The notes below the pieces were generated by a model. It was not told where the DNA came from. It worked only from the letters and a program-made list of their open reading frames with translations, and did not search any database. DNA of 64,000 nt, taken from the NCBI GenBank assembly GCA_021736985.1, contig JAIPEW010000005.1, forward strand, positions 26,413-90,412, read 5' to 3'. Positions 54,336 to 64,000 of the stretch are shown here, piece after piece. The DNA is from Clostridiales bacterium (GTDB lineage: Bacteria > Bacillota > Desulfotomaculia > Desulfotomaculales > VENG01). Made by a program: the position numbers and the translations under genes. The stretch's first letter is position 1, and every line of letters begins with the position of its first letter.

Positions 54336-55043
54336 ATGGCTCAAAAAGTACTCATTGTTGATGATGAAGAATCAATAGTAAGGTTGTTGTCTTTCAATTT
54401 AGAAAAAGAAGGCTTTGTGATGCTGTTTGCTTATAATGGTGAAGATGCACTGAGTATAATTTCTGAGAAAGAACCGGATTTAGTAATATTAGATATTATG
54501 CTGCCCCAGATTGATGGTTTTGAAGTTTGCAGGCGTATTCGACAGCAGAATAAACCTATCGCTGTAATAATGCTTACTGCTAAGGACCAGGAAATAGATA
54601 CTGTACTGGGCCTGGAATTGGGTGCAGATGATTATATTGTTAAACCTTTCAGCCCACGGGAGCTAGTTGCACGTGTAAGAGCCGTTCTTCGTCGGACAAA
54701 GACAAAAGCTGTTGATAAAATTCAAGAACCAGATGAGATAACAAAAATTGGTAACCTGACTATAGATTCAGCAAAATATGAAATAACGGTAGATGACAGG
54801 CCTGTAGAACTTACTCCCAAGGAGTTTGAATTACTTGATTTTATGGTACGCAACGCAGGGAGAGTAATGAGCAGAGATGCTCTGCTTGATAATATTTGGG
54901 GGTATACATATACTGGTGATACTAGAATTGTAGATGTTCATATGAGTCATTTGCGAGAAAAAATAGAGAAAAATCCTAGGTCACCTGTTTTTTTAAAAAC
55001 TGTCAGGGGCGTAGGATACAAGTTTAAAAAGCAGGAAAATTAA
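54336..55043 (+). CDS. phoP: OmpR/PhoB-family response regulator (PhoP-like)
   Basis: Receiver domain (VLIVDDE, DLVILDIMLP, KPF) and a winged-helix output domain (TVRGVGYKF). Context with phoR and pst. GGAGG 8 nt before the ATG at 54336. Confidence 0.8.
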   Translation: MAQKVLIVDDEESIVRLLSFNLEKEGFVMLFAYNGEDALSIISEKEPDLVILDIMLPQIDGFEVCRRIRQQNKPIAVIMLTAKDQEIDTVLGLELGADDYIVKPFSPRELVARVRAVLRRTKTKAVDKIQEPDEITKIGNLTIDSAKYEITVDDRPVELTPKEFELLDFMVRNAGRVMSRDALLDNIWGYTYTGDTRIVDVHMSHLREKIEKNPRSPVFLKTVRGVGYKFKKQEN

Positions 55044-55112
55044 CTCAATAAATGTTTATGACTGAAATAAAGTATTTGTTCATATTACAAGAGGGAGCGA
55101 TAAAGTTAACTT

Positions 55113-56879
55113 ATGTTTAAGCATTTGCGTTGGAGGTTAACCTGGATATATATTTTTATGATTGTACTGCCCATGGTATTGCTAGGTGCTTATATGATTT
55201 TTTTTCAACACCAGTATGTGCAAAATAACCTTCAGGCGGAATTGAAAACACAGGCGAGTTTAGCTGCCTGCATGGTGGAAGATAATATAAAAGAAGAGTT
55301 CCCTGGTAATTTAAAAGGTATAACCGGTAGAATTAATAATAATACAAAAGCTCAAGTTGCACTAATCCTGGATAATGGTGCTGTATATGGTGATTTTCAA
55401 ACGGAAGAATTGTTTTTTTATAAAGGACAAGGTTGGCCGGAAGAGATTTTAAAGGCTTTTAATAAAGGACACGGGGAATCTGTACGATTTAACAGTAAGT
55501 TGAATTCTAAGATAGTGTATGCTGCCAGTAGTTTTTCTAGCAATAATACAATAGGTGTTGTATGCCTTGCTGCTCCTGTTAAAGATAGGGCTATTTTTTC
55601 GCTTTCCAGGATTTATTTTATAGTTTCTTTACTGGCACTTCTCCTAACTGTTTTAGTTACTCGTGTTGTAAGTAAACAGTTAACTGAACCTGTTGGTCAA
55701 CTAACCAAGTTTGCAAGAAGATTTTCAAGGGGAGATTTTAAATACCGGGCGCCTATAAGCAGCCGTGATGAGATTGGTGAGTTGGCCGGTACATTAAATA
55801 CAATGGCAGAAACCATAGAGGAAAAAGTAAAACAGATATATGAAGGTAAAAATAAACTGGAAACAGTTTTAACAAACATGATTAGTGGAGTTATTTTTGT
55901 AAATAAAGATGGAATTGTAGAACTGGTTAACCCGGCTGCAAGAAAATTTACATCTTTTACAGAAAACGAAATGACTACAGGACTACCCTATGATATAGTT
56001 TTAAAAAATTCTGGTTTGTTAAGTGCTATAAGTAAAGCATTGGAGAAAGGTAAAGTAGTAGAAGAAGAAATTAAAATTAGCCAGGACAAAGAGAACGAAT
56101 TAGAAGTAATTGTTTCACCTATCAGTGATGACAGTGGTTATCCATCAGGTGTTGTTGTAGTTTTACATGATATAACTCAAATACGCAAGCTAGAAAAAAT
56201 GCGCACTGAGTTTGTTGCTAATGTATCTCATGAACTTAAAACACCGGTAACATCCATAAAAGGGTTTACAGAAACACTTTTGGACGGGGCTATTAATGAA
56301 GAAAGTACATGCCGTGAGTTTGTGGAGATAATTGATAAGGAATCGGGGCGCTTGCAGAGTTTGGTTGAGGATCTCCTCGAATTGTCTAAGATAGAATCTA
56401 AACAAGTCAATTTAGAGTTTGAAACAGCTGATGTTTGTAAAATTGCCTCTGATGTTGTGACCAGGTTAAAAGGAAAGGTTCAAAATAATGGCTTAAAAAT
56501 TAAACAAAAATATCCTTGCTATCCAGTGTTTGCAAAGGTAGACAGAAATCTTATAGAACAGGTCTTAGTAAACCTGGTAGACAATGCAGTAAAGTATAAT
56601 GTTCGGGATGGTAAAATAGAGATAGTTATAAATACCGAGGGGAACTTTGTTGTTGTATGGGTACGAGATACAGGTATAGGTATTACCCCCGAGGATGTAG
56701 ATAGGGTGTTTGAGAGATTTTTCAGGGTGGAGAAAGCCCGGAGCAGGATTCTGGGCGGCACAGGCCTGGGGTTAAGTATCGTAAAACACATAGTTGATGC
56801 ACACGGGGGAATAGTAGGAGTAAATAGTAAGCCGGAAGATGGTTCTGACTTTTTCTTTACATTACCCAGAGTTTATTAG
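55113..56879 (+). CDS. phoR: sensor histidine kinase (PhoR-like: TM, HAMP, PAS, HisKA, HATPase_c)
   Basis: H-box SHELKTPVTS, N-box LVDNAVKY, and G-boxes DTGIGI and GGTGLGLSI. Confidence 0.8.
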   Translation: MFKHLRWRLTWIYIFMIVLPMVLLGAYMIFFQHQYVQNNLQAELKTQASLAACMVEDNIKEEFPGNLKGITGRINNNTKAQVALILDNGAVYGDFQTEELFFYKGQGWPEEILKAFNKGHGESVRFNSKLNSKIVYAASSFSSNNTIGVVCLAAPVKDRAIFSLSRIYFIVSLLALLLTVLVTRVVSKQLTEPVGQLTKFARRFSRGDFKYRAPISSRDEIGELAGTLNTMAETIEEKVKQIYEGKNKLETVLTNMISGVIFVNKDGIVELVNPAARKFTSFTENEMTTGLPYDIVLKNSGLLSAISKALEKGKVVEEEIKISQDKENELEVIVSPISDDSGYPSGVVVVLHDITQIRKLEKMRTEFVANVSHELKTPVTSIKGFTETLLDGAINEESTCREFVEIIDKESGRLQSLVEDLLELSKIESKQVNLEFETADVCKIASDVVTRLKGKVQNNGLKIKQKYPCYPVFAKVDRNLIEQVLVNLVDNAVKYNVRDGKIEIVINTEGNFVVVWVRDTGIGITPEDVDRVFERFFRVEKARSRILGGTGLGLSIVKHIVDAHGGIVGVNSKPEDGSDFFFTLPRVY

Positions 56880-56884
56880 ATTAT

Positions 56885-56918
56885 AAAAAGAGCAGGCACC
56901 TGGGGCCTGCTCTTTATT
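56885..56918. terminator. bidirectional terminator between phoR and phoU
   Basis: aaaaagagcaggcacctggggcctgctctttatt. Confidence 0.8.
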
Positions 56919-56922
56919 ACGT

Positions 56923-57579
56923 TTAATCGTTTAGTTCTACTCTTTCACCCGTGGCCATGTAGATTATCCACTCGCTTACATTTGTTGCATGGTCGCCTAT
57001 GCGCTCAAAATGACGGGCAGCCATTAATAAATAAGTAGACTGCCTTATATTGCGGGAGTCTTTGGTCATAAATACTAATAAATCACGAAATATCTGGTTG
57101 TACAAGTGATCTATTTCATGATCTAGTGCGGCTGCCTTAATTGCCATTTCGCGGTCCCTGTTAATGTATGCAGTCATGTTTTTTCTGACCATCTCCTGTG
57201 ATAATTCTGCCATGCGCGGCAGGTCAATTAAAGGTTTTATAAAAGGTTCGTCACCAATGCTAAGTACTATTTTAGATATATTTGCTGCATAATCGCCCAT
57301 TCTTTCCAGGTCAGTGTTTATTTTTATAGCTGTTCCTATAAATCTTAGGTCTCGTGCCATAGGCTGTTGTAATGCGATAAGTGACAAACAATTTTGTTCA
57401 ATTTCCAGTTCAAGTTTATCTATTTTTTCGTCATCCATTATTATTTTCTCAGCAACATCTTTATTGCGAGATTTTAGTGCAGTTATGGCAGATCCAATGG
57501 CATCATCTACAAGGTTGCCCATTTTTAATATCTTGTTTCTAGTTTCTTCTAAATTATCATGAAACGACTTATTAGTCAT
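56923..57579 (-). CDS. phoU: phosphate signalling accessory protein PhoU
   Basis: Two PhoU repeats (DLERMGDYAANI and HFERIGDHATNV). Confidence 0.9.
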   Translation of the reverse strand: MTNKSFHDNLEETRNKILKMGNLVDDAIGSAITALKSRNKDVAEKIIMDDEKIDKLELEIEQNCLSLIALQQPMARDLRFIGTAIKINTDLERMGDYAANISKIVLSIGDEPFIKPLIDLPRMAELSQEMVRKNMTAYINRDREMAIKAAALDHEIDHLYNQIFRDLLVFMTKDSRNIRQSTYLLMAARHFERIGDHATNVSEWIIYMATGERVELND

Positions 57580-57604
57580 TTAAATTACCCCTTCATAGTT
57601 AATT

Positions 57605-58360
57605 TTATCCGAATCTTCCGGTTATATAGTCTTCCGTTTGTTTTTCCCTGGGCGCAGTAAAAATAATGTTTGTTTGATCATATTCTATTAATTTTCCATT
57701 TAGAAAAAAACTTGTATAATCTGATATCCTGGCAGCCTGCTGCATGTTGTGAGTAACAATTACAATAGTATAATTATTTTTTAATTCTCTGACAAGTTCT
57801 TCAAGTTTGCTGGTGGATATAGGATCAAGAGCAGAGGCAGGTTCGTCCATTAATATCATTTCTGGTTCTACTGCCAGTACTCGTGCTATTACAAGTCTTT
57901 GCTGCTGCCCGCCTGAGAGTCCGAGTGCCGAGTCATGTAGCCTGTCTTTAACTTCATCCCACAGGGCAGCGGATTTTAAGCTGCTTTCTACTAATTCTTG
58001 CAGCTTTTGTTTATTTTTAATCCCGTGTATGCGGGGCCCATAAGCAATATTATCGAAAATAGAAATGGGAAAAGGATTAGGCTGCTGAAATACCATTCCT
58101 ACTTTTTTTCTTAGTTCAACGGGGTCTACGTCAGGATCATAAATGTTTTTATTATCCATTAGTACTTCCCCTACCACCTTAGTTTTCTCAATAACGTCGT
58201 TCATGCGGTTTAAAGTGCGCAAAAATGTTGATTTACCGCATCCCGAAGGCCCAATTAGAGCTGTAACTGCATTTTTTTCAACTGGCAAATTGATGTTAAA
58301 TAGTGCCTGTGTATCTTTATAATAAAAATCTAGGTGTTTAGCTTCCATTTTGTTGATCAT
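57605..58360 (-). CDS. pstB: phosphate ABC transporter ATPase PstB
   Basis: [18 protein letters not shown] and a PstB-type N-terminus. Confidence 0.92.
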   Translation of the reverse strand: MINKMEAKHLDFYYKDTQALFNINLPVEKNAVTALIGPSGCGKSTFLRTLNRMNDVIEKTKVVGEVLMDNKNIYDPDVDPVELRKKVGMVFQQPNPFPISIFDNIAYGPRIHGIKNKQKLQELVESSLKSAALWDEVKDRLHDSALGLSGGQQQRLVIARVLAVEPEMILMDEPASALDPISTSKLEELVRELKNNYTIVIVTHNMQQAARISDYTSFFLNGKLIEYDQTNIIFTAPREKQTEDYITGRFG

Positions 58361-58375
58361 AATCTCACCCTTTTT

Positions 58376-59221
58376 TTATCTTGTATTTTTTAATCTCATT
58401 TTTGTACGAATAATTATAGCTATTAAGTTTAATCCACATACTATAGCTATTAAGACAATTGCAGCACCAAAGGCCTTGCTTTCTGGTACATTGGGTACCT
58501 GGGTTGCTACTGCGTAAAGATGATAAGGTAGTGCCATAACCTGGTCAAAAATTGAATTTGGTAAAGATGGGATATATATTGCTGCACATGTAAACATAAT
58601 AGGTGCTGTTTCTCCTGCTGCACGCCCTATGCCCAGGATAGCGCCAGTAAGTATCGAGGGCATCGCGGTTGGAAGTACTATACGGCTGATAGTCTGCCAG
58701 TGCGTTGCTCCCAGGGCGAGACTGGCATTTCTATAATCATCCGGCACAGCTATCAGGGCTTCTTCAGCGGCAGAAATAATTACTGGTAGAGTAAGAAACC
58801 CTAAAGTTAGTGCTCCTGCTACTAAAGAACGTCCAAAGTTTAACATTAATACAAAAAGACCTAGTCCAAATAAACCATAAACTACTGAAGGAACCCCGGC
58901 AAGGTTTATGATAGCAATTCTTATCAGGGTTGTGAAGAAGTTTTGTTTTGAGTATTCAACCAGGTATATAGCTGTGCCTATGCCCAGTGGTAGCGCTACT
59001 ATAATAGTGCCCGTTGTTAATCCGAGAGTTCCTATTATAGCAGGAAAAATCCCACCTTCTTTTAAAAATCCATGTGGTGGTTGAGTTATAAATTCCCAGG
59101 TTATAGCAGGGCCTCCTACATATATAAGATAAGCTATTATTAATAGAACCGGGATAATAGCAAGAAATGTACATACAGCTAGACTGCCGAAACCAATTTT
59201 TTCTTTAAGTTTTCTAGACAT
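58376..59221 (-). CDS. pstA: phosphate ABC transporter permease PstA
   Basis: Polytopic, with EAA-loop region YRNASLALGATHWQTISRIVLP. Confidence 0.9.
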   Translation of the reverse strand: MSRKLKEKIGFGSLAVCTFLAIIPVLLIIAYLIYVGGPAITWEFITQPPHGFLKEGGIFPAIIGTLGLTTGTIIVALPLGIGTAIYLVEYSKQNFFTTLIRIAIINLAGVPSVVYGLFGLGLFVLMLNFGRSLVAGALTLGFLTLPVIISAAEEALIAVPDDYRNASLALGATHWQTISRIVLPTAMPSILTGAILGIGRAAGETAPIMFTCAAIYIPSLPNSIFDQVMALPYHLYAVATQVPNVPESKAFGAAIVLIAIVCGLNLIAIIIRTKMRLKNTR

Positions 59222-60120
59222 TACAGTTGTGCACCTCTTTGTATGTTAGATGTTTTTGCAAAAACAAGATCAGTAATTAAATTGATAACAAAAGTCATTG
59301 AGAATAGGATCACACCCAGGCCGAACAGCGCCTGGTAATGAGTTCCTCCCTGTACGGTCTCTCCCATCTCTGCAGCAATGTCTGCAGTTATAGTTCGTAC
59401 AGGATCAAATACAGAATGAGGAATAATGGTAGCATTACCTGCTACCATTAATACTGCCATAGTTTCACCTATAGCTCTTCCCAGTCCTAGCATGGAAGCT
59501 GCAAGCAATCCGGAGCGGGCACTGGGTAAAATTATGCGTATTGTTGTTTCCCACTTGGTAGCTCCTAAAGCCAGCGATGCCTCTCTGTAACTATCCGGAA
59601 CTGCATTTAAGGCATCTTCAGATATGCTCACTACTGTAGGCAGTGCCATTATTCCTAATACAAGGGACGCTGTAAAAGCATTTAACCCGCTGGAAAGATT
59701 AAAAAGGTCCTTAATGATAGGAGATAATACAATTAATCCTATAAAACCGTAAACAACTGAAGGTATGCCTGCCAATAATTCAATGATGGCCTTTAAAATT
59801 TCACGCAAGTTTCGGGGAGCAACTTCAGCAAGAAACATTGCAATACCTATGCCAAAAGGTATTGCAATTATACCTGCTCCCACGGTTACGACTAATGAGC
59901 CAACAATCATGGGCATAGCACCAAATATAGGTGGTTCTGAGGCAGGAAGCCATTCCATTCCAAATATAAAGTTTAAAATACCAACTTTTGCAAATATGCC
60001 TATACCTTCTTTAAATAAAAAGATAAATATTAAAAAAAGTATAAGAATAGACGTGCCTGCTACTAATGCCAATAAGTACTTTATTCCTTTTTCGTAATAT
60101 TTTACAAACTTTTTATTCAT
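59221..60120 (-). CDS. pstC: phosphate ABC transporter permease PstC
   Basis: Polytopic, with YREASLALGATKWETTIRIILP. Confidence 0.9.
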   Translation of the reverse strand: MNKKFVKYYEKGIKYLLALVAGTSILILFLIFIFLFKEGIGIFAKVGILNFIFGMEWLPASEPPIFGAMPMIVGSLVVTVGAGIIAIPFGIGIAMFLAEVAPRNLREILKAIIELLAGIPSVVYGFIGLIVLSPIIKDLFNLSSGLNAFTASLVLGIMALPTVVSISEDALNAVPDSYREASLALGATKWETTIRIILPSARSGLLAASMLGLGRAIGETMAVLMVAGNATIIPHSVFDPVRTITADIAAEMGETVQGGTHYQALFGLGVILFSMTFVINLITDLVFAKTSNIQRGAQL

Positions 60121-60195
60121 GTTGAGCGTATGCCCCCAAATTAAAAGTATTTATCTTCACCTTATCAATTTTTTTTTTAGTTTTTATGATAAAAA

Positions 60196-60212
60196 TGTAA
60201 AGATGATGTAAA
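60196..60212 (-). promoter_or_regulatory. candidate PhoP (Pho box) direct repeats upstream of pstC
   Basis: The minus strand reads TTTACAtcatcTTTACA: two TTTACA hexamers with 11-bp periodicity, about 80 nt upstream of the pstC start. Confidence 0.45.
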
Positions 60213-60547
60213 TTCATTGAAATTTTTACGGACTTTTAGCTCACAATAGAGCAAAAAAATTTTACTAATGCTTTTGTGCTGCTGCACAGTAAGCTTGACC
60301 TGGTACTCAGTAAAATATATTAGACTTTTAATTGTTTTGTCTTTTGTGATAGCAGGATTACCTGGCTGTTTTATTTTTATGAGGCTTGCTCTGCCGCAAA
60401 AGAGTTTTTACGCTTTATTGCGGTCCAAAAGCCGTGGGCATTTAATTAATTACAACTGTATAATAAAGTTTCACAAAAATATTAATAGGAGTATACATAT
60501 AATGCTAAAGATAAATAAAATTATGTTTTTTTGAATGGAGGAAGACA

Positions 60548-61588
60548 ATGAGTTTTAGAATTCTAAATGGCAAAAATAATATGCATTATTTTTTGAAAGT
60601 ACCTTCTTATGTTTATAGTAACCAACTTGTACCGCCTACTGCCAGCAGTTATTCTACTATGATGCGTTTTTTCCGGCCAGCTAATTCAGTGCTGCAGCAC
60701 CTGCACTATGCTAATTTTACTGTAGTTGATGAAGACCGCCCCGTAGGAAGAATATGTGCTGCCGTAGATGACCTGAATCCCCGGAAAAATGAGGGGTTCT
60801 GGGGGTGTTTTGAGTGTATTAATGATTATAAAATAGCTAAGTCCTTGTTTGATGCTGCTGCAGATTGGCTTAAAAAAAATAATAAAACAATTATGCTTGG
60901 CCCTGCAACTTTGAATACTAACCAGGAAGTGGGGTTGTTAATTAAGGGGTTTGAACATGAAATGCAAAATGAAATTCCTTATAATCCTCCATATTACCAG
61001 GATTTAGTAGAAAACGCGGAGATGGAGAAAGTTCAGGACTTAGAGTGTTTCAAATGGCAATTACCTGATTCGCTTCCAGAAAAGTTAGTTAAGGCCAGGT
61101 TTCCTGATAACCTGGTAATACGTCCAATAAATTACAAAATGCTATCTAAGGAGTTAAAAATAATAAACCAGGTAATTAATAAATCAATGGCACGTATCTG
61201 GGGTTTTATCCCCATGACGCAAAATGATACCAGGGAATTTCTAATGGCGATGGCAGAACGTGTTCCACGAAATTTGTTTAAAATTATTGAAGTAGATGGA
61301 AAGCCGGCAGGAATGTTATTGTCTATTCCTTACGTGAAACCGTCCCATAACAGGGGTGGAAAATTAAGGTTGGCTGTAGGAGGTATGGTGCCTGATTTCC
61401 AGTGCAGGGGGATACACTGGGCAGTATTAAATAATTTTTATAATACTTGTAGAAAACTTGGTTTTACCGAGGGAGAGGCTTCTCAAGTAGCAGAAAGTAA
61501 TGACGCGGTAAAAAGAAGAATAATAAAGCCTCTATTCGGGGGTGAAATAATTAAAAATTACCGTGTATACCAGTGGGATATAAGTTAA
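60548..61588 (+). CDS. hypothetical protein, possibly a GNAT-fold acyltransferase-like family
   Basis: 346 aa with GGAGG upstream. The FWGCFECIND..MLGPATLNTNQEVGLLIKGFEHE pattern is one I associate with an uncharacterised GNAT-like family, but the recall is weak. Confidence 0.4.
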   Translation: MSFRILNGKNNMHYFLKVPSYVYSNQLVPPTASSYSTMMRFFRPANSVLQHLHYANFTVVDEDRPVGRICAAVDDLNPRKNEGFWGCFECINDYKIAKSLFDAAADWLKKNNKTIMLGPATLNTNQEVGLLIKGFEHEMQNEIPYNPPYYQDLVENAEMEKVQDLECFKWQLPDSLPEKLVKARFPDNLVIRPINYKMLSKELKIINQVINKSMARIWGFIPMTQNDTREFLMAMAERVPRNLFKIIEVDGKPAGMLLSIPYVKPSHNRGGKLRLAVGGMVPDFQCRGIHWAVLNNFYNTCRKLGFTEGEASQVAESNDAVKRRIIKPLFGGEIIKNYRVYQWDIS

Positions 61589-61613
61589 TTTATAATTTAT
61601 ATTATAAAATGTA

Positions 61614-61652
61614 TTAAAAAAAACCCAAACACTATTAAGAGTTGGGTTTATC
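61614..61652. terminator. bidirectional terminator
   Basis: aaaaaaaacccaaacactattaagagttgggttta. Confidence 0.75.
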
Positions 61653-61848
61653 TTTGTGTTTGTTCATGTTTTTGTTTAAAACCGAACTGCAGTGAATTTA
61701 TACCTTCATGTATAGAAGTTAATGAATATGCTGTCCGGTCGACGAGTTGTTTTAAAAGCATAAGTTTTGCCTCAGATCCTTTATCTGTGCTTAGTAGAAG
61801 CAGAATTAAAATTAAAAAAAGTGTATATGGACTGTCTTTATCAAACAA
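61648..61848 (-). CDS. small hypothetical membrane protein (66 aa, TTG start)
   Basis: AAGGAGG 7 nt upstream of the TTG, and a hydrophobic stretch YTLFLILILLLLS. Confidence 0.5.
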   Translation of the reverse strand: MFDKDSPYTLFLILILLLLSTDKGSEAKLMLLKQLVDRTAYSLTSIHEGINSLQFGFKQKHEQTQR

Positions 61849-61940
61849 CTATATACCTCCTTTGACCCTTGCATAAGGTTACTACTATAGTATGCACAAA
61901 CTCTTATGAGGTGAAGTTGTTCTTTGCTTATTTGAAGTTC

Positions 61941-63257
61941 TTATCCCAGCATTATTTTGCCTTCTGGGTGACGCAATTCAGGTTGCTTTTTCTTTAGTGC
62001 CAGGGCAGAACCTATGGTCAGGGGGCCCAACCGCCCCAGGAACATAGTTATGATTAATATAATGCGTCCAATTTCATTAGTTTCTCTAGTTAATCCAAGG
62101 CTGAGACCTACTGTGCCCATTGCAGATACTGCTTCAAACAATACTTTTATGAAATCTGCCTGTTGAGTAATAGATAATAAAAAAGTTACTATAAAAATTA
62201 GCAGTAATGCTAAAGACATAATCGACAGTGCACGAAGTATTTCTTGTGAAGCAATTCTTCTGTTTAATATTTCTGGTTCTTTTTTACCTCGTAGTACACT
62301 GTAAACGGCAATCCATATTACGGCATTGGTAGTAGTTTTAGTTCCCCCGGCTGTAGATCCAGGAGATCCACCGATTAACATAAAGGACATTATTAAAATT
62401 TGTGTAGATACTAGAAATGAACTTATATCCAAAGTATTAAAACCGGCAGTTCTGGGCGTTACTGCATGGAAGTAAGCTGCCAGCAATTTTTTCCCCGCAG
62501 TAAATTCTTGCAATGCGTGATTAGACTCAGTAACATATATTATGAGGGTGCCTGAAATTATTAAAAACAGTGTGGAAATTAATACTATCTTTGAATGCAG
62601 GGATATCTTTTGATTATTTTTAAGATTGAATATTTCGTTTATTACTACAAATCCCAGCCCGCTAATTACAAACAGTGTAGATATTATTAAATAAGTTGCA
62701 GTGTCCTGCTGGGTGGTCAGGCTGTTAAAATTACCAAATAAAGCAAATCCAGCATTATTAAAAGCAGAAACCGAGTGAAATACTCCGTACCACAATGCTT
62801 TGGTAAAAACATAATCAGACATCCAGTGTAGAGTTAAAAGTATTGTACCTGCTAATTCAGCAATAAAAGAGAACACTAATAAGTAGCGGAATATTTTTAC
62901 GATACCCTCTATGGAAGGTTTATTTAGGGCCTCTTGCATAATAAGTCTTTGCCGCAGCTGTATTTTTCTACCCAGTAAAAGGGCAAAAAAAGTTGCAAAT
63001 GCCATAACACCCAATCCACCGATTTGTATGAGCATTAATATTATGAATTGTCCCGCGGAAGACCAGTATGTACCCGTATCAACTACTACCAGGCCAGTTA
63101 CACATACGGCGGAAGTTGCAGTGAATAAAGAAGTAAGCCAATCTGCATTTTCATTGCTGACTGCCCATGAAGTATGTAACAGGATAGTTCCCAGCAGTAT
63201 TAAAGATATGAAGCTTGCTGCAAGCAGCTGGTTAGGAGTTAACTGCTTATTTTTCAT
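61941..63257 (-). CDS. ktrB: potassium uptake membrane subunit KtrB/TrkH family
   Basis: 438 aa, polytopic, with repeated selectivity-filter-like MPM segments (TGL, GGLG, GGSPGSTAGG). Confidence 0.88.
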   Translation of the reverse strand: MKNKQLTPNQLLAASFISLILLGTILLHTSWAVSNENADWLTSLFTATSAVCVTGLVVVDTGTYWSSAGQFIILMLIQIGGLGVMAFATFFALLLGRKIQLRQRLIMQEALNKPSIEGIVKIFRYLLVFSFIAELAGTILLTLHWMSDYVFTKALWYGVFHSVSAFNNAGFALFGNFNSLTTQQDTATYLIISTLFVISGLGFVVINEIFNLKNNQKISLHSKIVLISTLFLIISGTLIIYVTESNHALQEFTAGKKLLAAYFHAVTPRTAGFNTLDISSFLVSTQILIMSFMLIGGSPGSTAGGTKTTTNAVIWIAVYSVLRGKKEPEILNRRIASQEILRALSIMSLALLLIFIVTFLLSITQQADFIKVLFEAVSAMGTVGLSLGLTRETNEIGRIILIITMFLGRLGPLTIGSALALKKKQPELRHPEGKIMLG

Positions 63258-63278
63258 GTTTTATACCTCGTTTTGAAG

Positions 63279-63938
63279 CTATAAATCCATTTCACTTAAT
63301 TTAACCAGGTGATCATTTTTACCTATAACTACCAGTACATCATCTTTTAGAATGATTTTTTGCGGTTGGGGGGCGATAATAATATCATCATTGCGGCGAA
63401 TTGCCAGGATGGTTACTTTTAATTTTTCTCGCATATCAAGATCCAGTAATTTTTTGTTGACAAAATTTTTAGGAGCTACTAATTCCATAATGCTGTAATC
63501 GGTCGAAAGGTCAATTTGCTCCAGTATATTTTTAGAAACTAGCGACCGGGCAAGTTTTTTAGCCATATCTCTTTCAGGATATATAACCAGGTCGGTTCCT
63601 ATTTTCTCCAGTACTTTGCCGTGCAGGGCATTTCTTGCTTTGGATACTATTTTGGCTACACCCATCTCTTTTAATAAAATAGTTGTTAATATATTATTTT
63701 GTATGTTTTCTCCAATAGAGATTATTGCTACATCAAAATTTTTTATACCCAGGGATTTTAAGGCATGTTCATCCAGTATGTCTGCTATTACAGCATGAGT
63801 TGCAATGTCGGTAGCATCGTTGATTTTGTCTTCATCCCGGTCAATTGCTAAAACTTCGTAACCCAGGTTGCTTAATTCTTTTATCATGCTCATGCCAAAT
63901 CGTCCGAGGCCAATCACAGCGAATTGCTTATTTTTCAT
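63279..63938 (-). CDS. ktrA: potassium uptake peripheral subunit KtrA/TrkA (RCK domain)
   Basis: VIGLGRFG Rossmann motif plus a TrkA-C domain. Confidence 0.88.
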   Translation of the reverse strand: MKNKQFAVIGLGRFGMSMIKELSNLGYEVLAIDRDEDKINDATDIATHAVIADILDEHALKSLGIKNFDVAIISIGENIQNNILTTILLKEMGVAKIVSKARNALHGKVLEKIGTDLVIYPERDMAKKLARSLVSKNILEQIDLSTDYSIMELVAPKNFVNKKLLDLDMREKLKVTILAIRRNDDIIIAPQPQKIILKDDVLVVIGKNDHLVKLSEMDL

Positions 63939-64000
63939 TTATTTCACCCGCAATTGTAATAATTTTTAATTATTATTATCATTATGCAGAAACTTTACTT

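Noticed and set aside
60268-60534. An 88-aa plus-strand ORF in the pstC/60548 intergenic region.
   Set aside because: There is no SD, the composition is hydrophobic and low-complexity, and it ends just before the real gene's SD. It is likely spurious.
1-64000. I scanned for rRNA, tRNA, tmRNA, CRISPR arrays, transposase or integrase genes, restriction-modification, toxin-antitoxin and other defence systems.
   Set aside because: There are no regularly spaced direct repeats, no tRNA-like T-arm/acceptor patterns outside coding regions, and no ORF with recombinase, nuclease or defence signatures that I could recognise.

Overview
This 64-kb chromosomal window comes from a low-GC, spore-forming Firmicute that looks Clostridia-like (spoIIR, a SpoVD-type PBP, an SLH-domain amidase, SD-rich starts). 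All calls come from reading the sequence and ORF translations and recognising motifs; no database search was run. In order, the window holds: (1) A minus-strand hypA-B-C-D-E-F [NiFe]-hydrogenase maturation operon (1-4471). The structural genes that should precede it are gone. Only a 5'-truncated, mutated large-subunit C-terminus and a twice-frameshifted maturation protease remain (4464-5115). (2) Cell-envelope genes: a VanY-type peptidase, two convergent overlapping class B PBPs, an amidase, a CPBP protease, a lipase-like hydrolase, Hsp20, and ankyrin and MOSC proteins. (3) Signalling genes: an EAL-CBS-GGDEF protein and an MCP. (4) An unlinked pstS. (5) A very AT-rich stretch of orphan genes leading into a 1,543-aa tandem P-type ATPase, in which a dead P1B-like module is fused to an intact Ca-type P2A pump. 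It is flanked by two paralogous small membrane proteins (24600-30614). This is my best candidate for an undescribed system. (6) A glycolipid glycosyltransferase, deacetylase and YkoP-like operon. (7) A metal-homeostasis stretch (34.5-48.1 kb): a BtuFCD-like ABC importer whose ATPase carries an extra C-terminal domain, spoIIR, znuA-znuCB-zur, split feoA-feoB, a CDF exporter and an MntR/DtxR repressor. (8) Miscellaneous membrane proteins, an amino-acid ABC transporter, phoPR, pstCAB-phoU and ktrAB. The main non-coding signals are these. A family of GC-rich, hairpin-forming repeat modules sharing a conserved ~40-nt leader has five copies, two of them inside operons. A promoter-equipped cobalamin riboswitch has no downstream gene and faces feoB. 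A perfect 46-bp palindrome and a G10 tract sit at the znuA start. An intrinsic terminator has the upstream gene's stop codon in its 5' arm and lies 27 nt before the giant ATPase start. No rRNA, tRNA, CRISPR array, transposase or recognisable defence system was seen.
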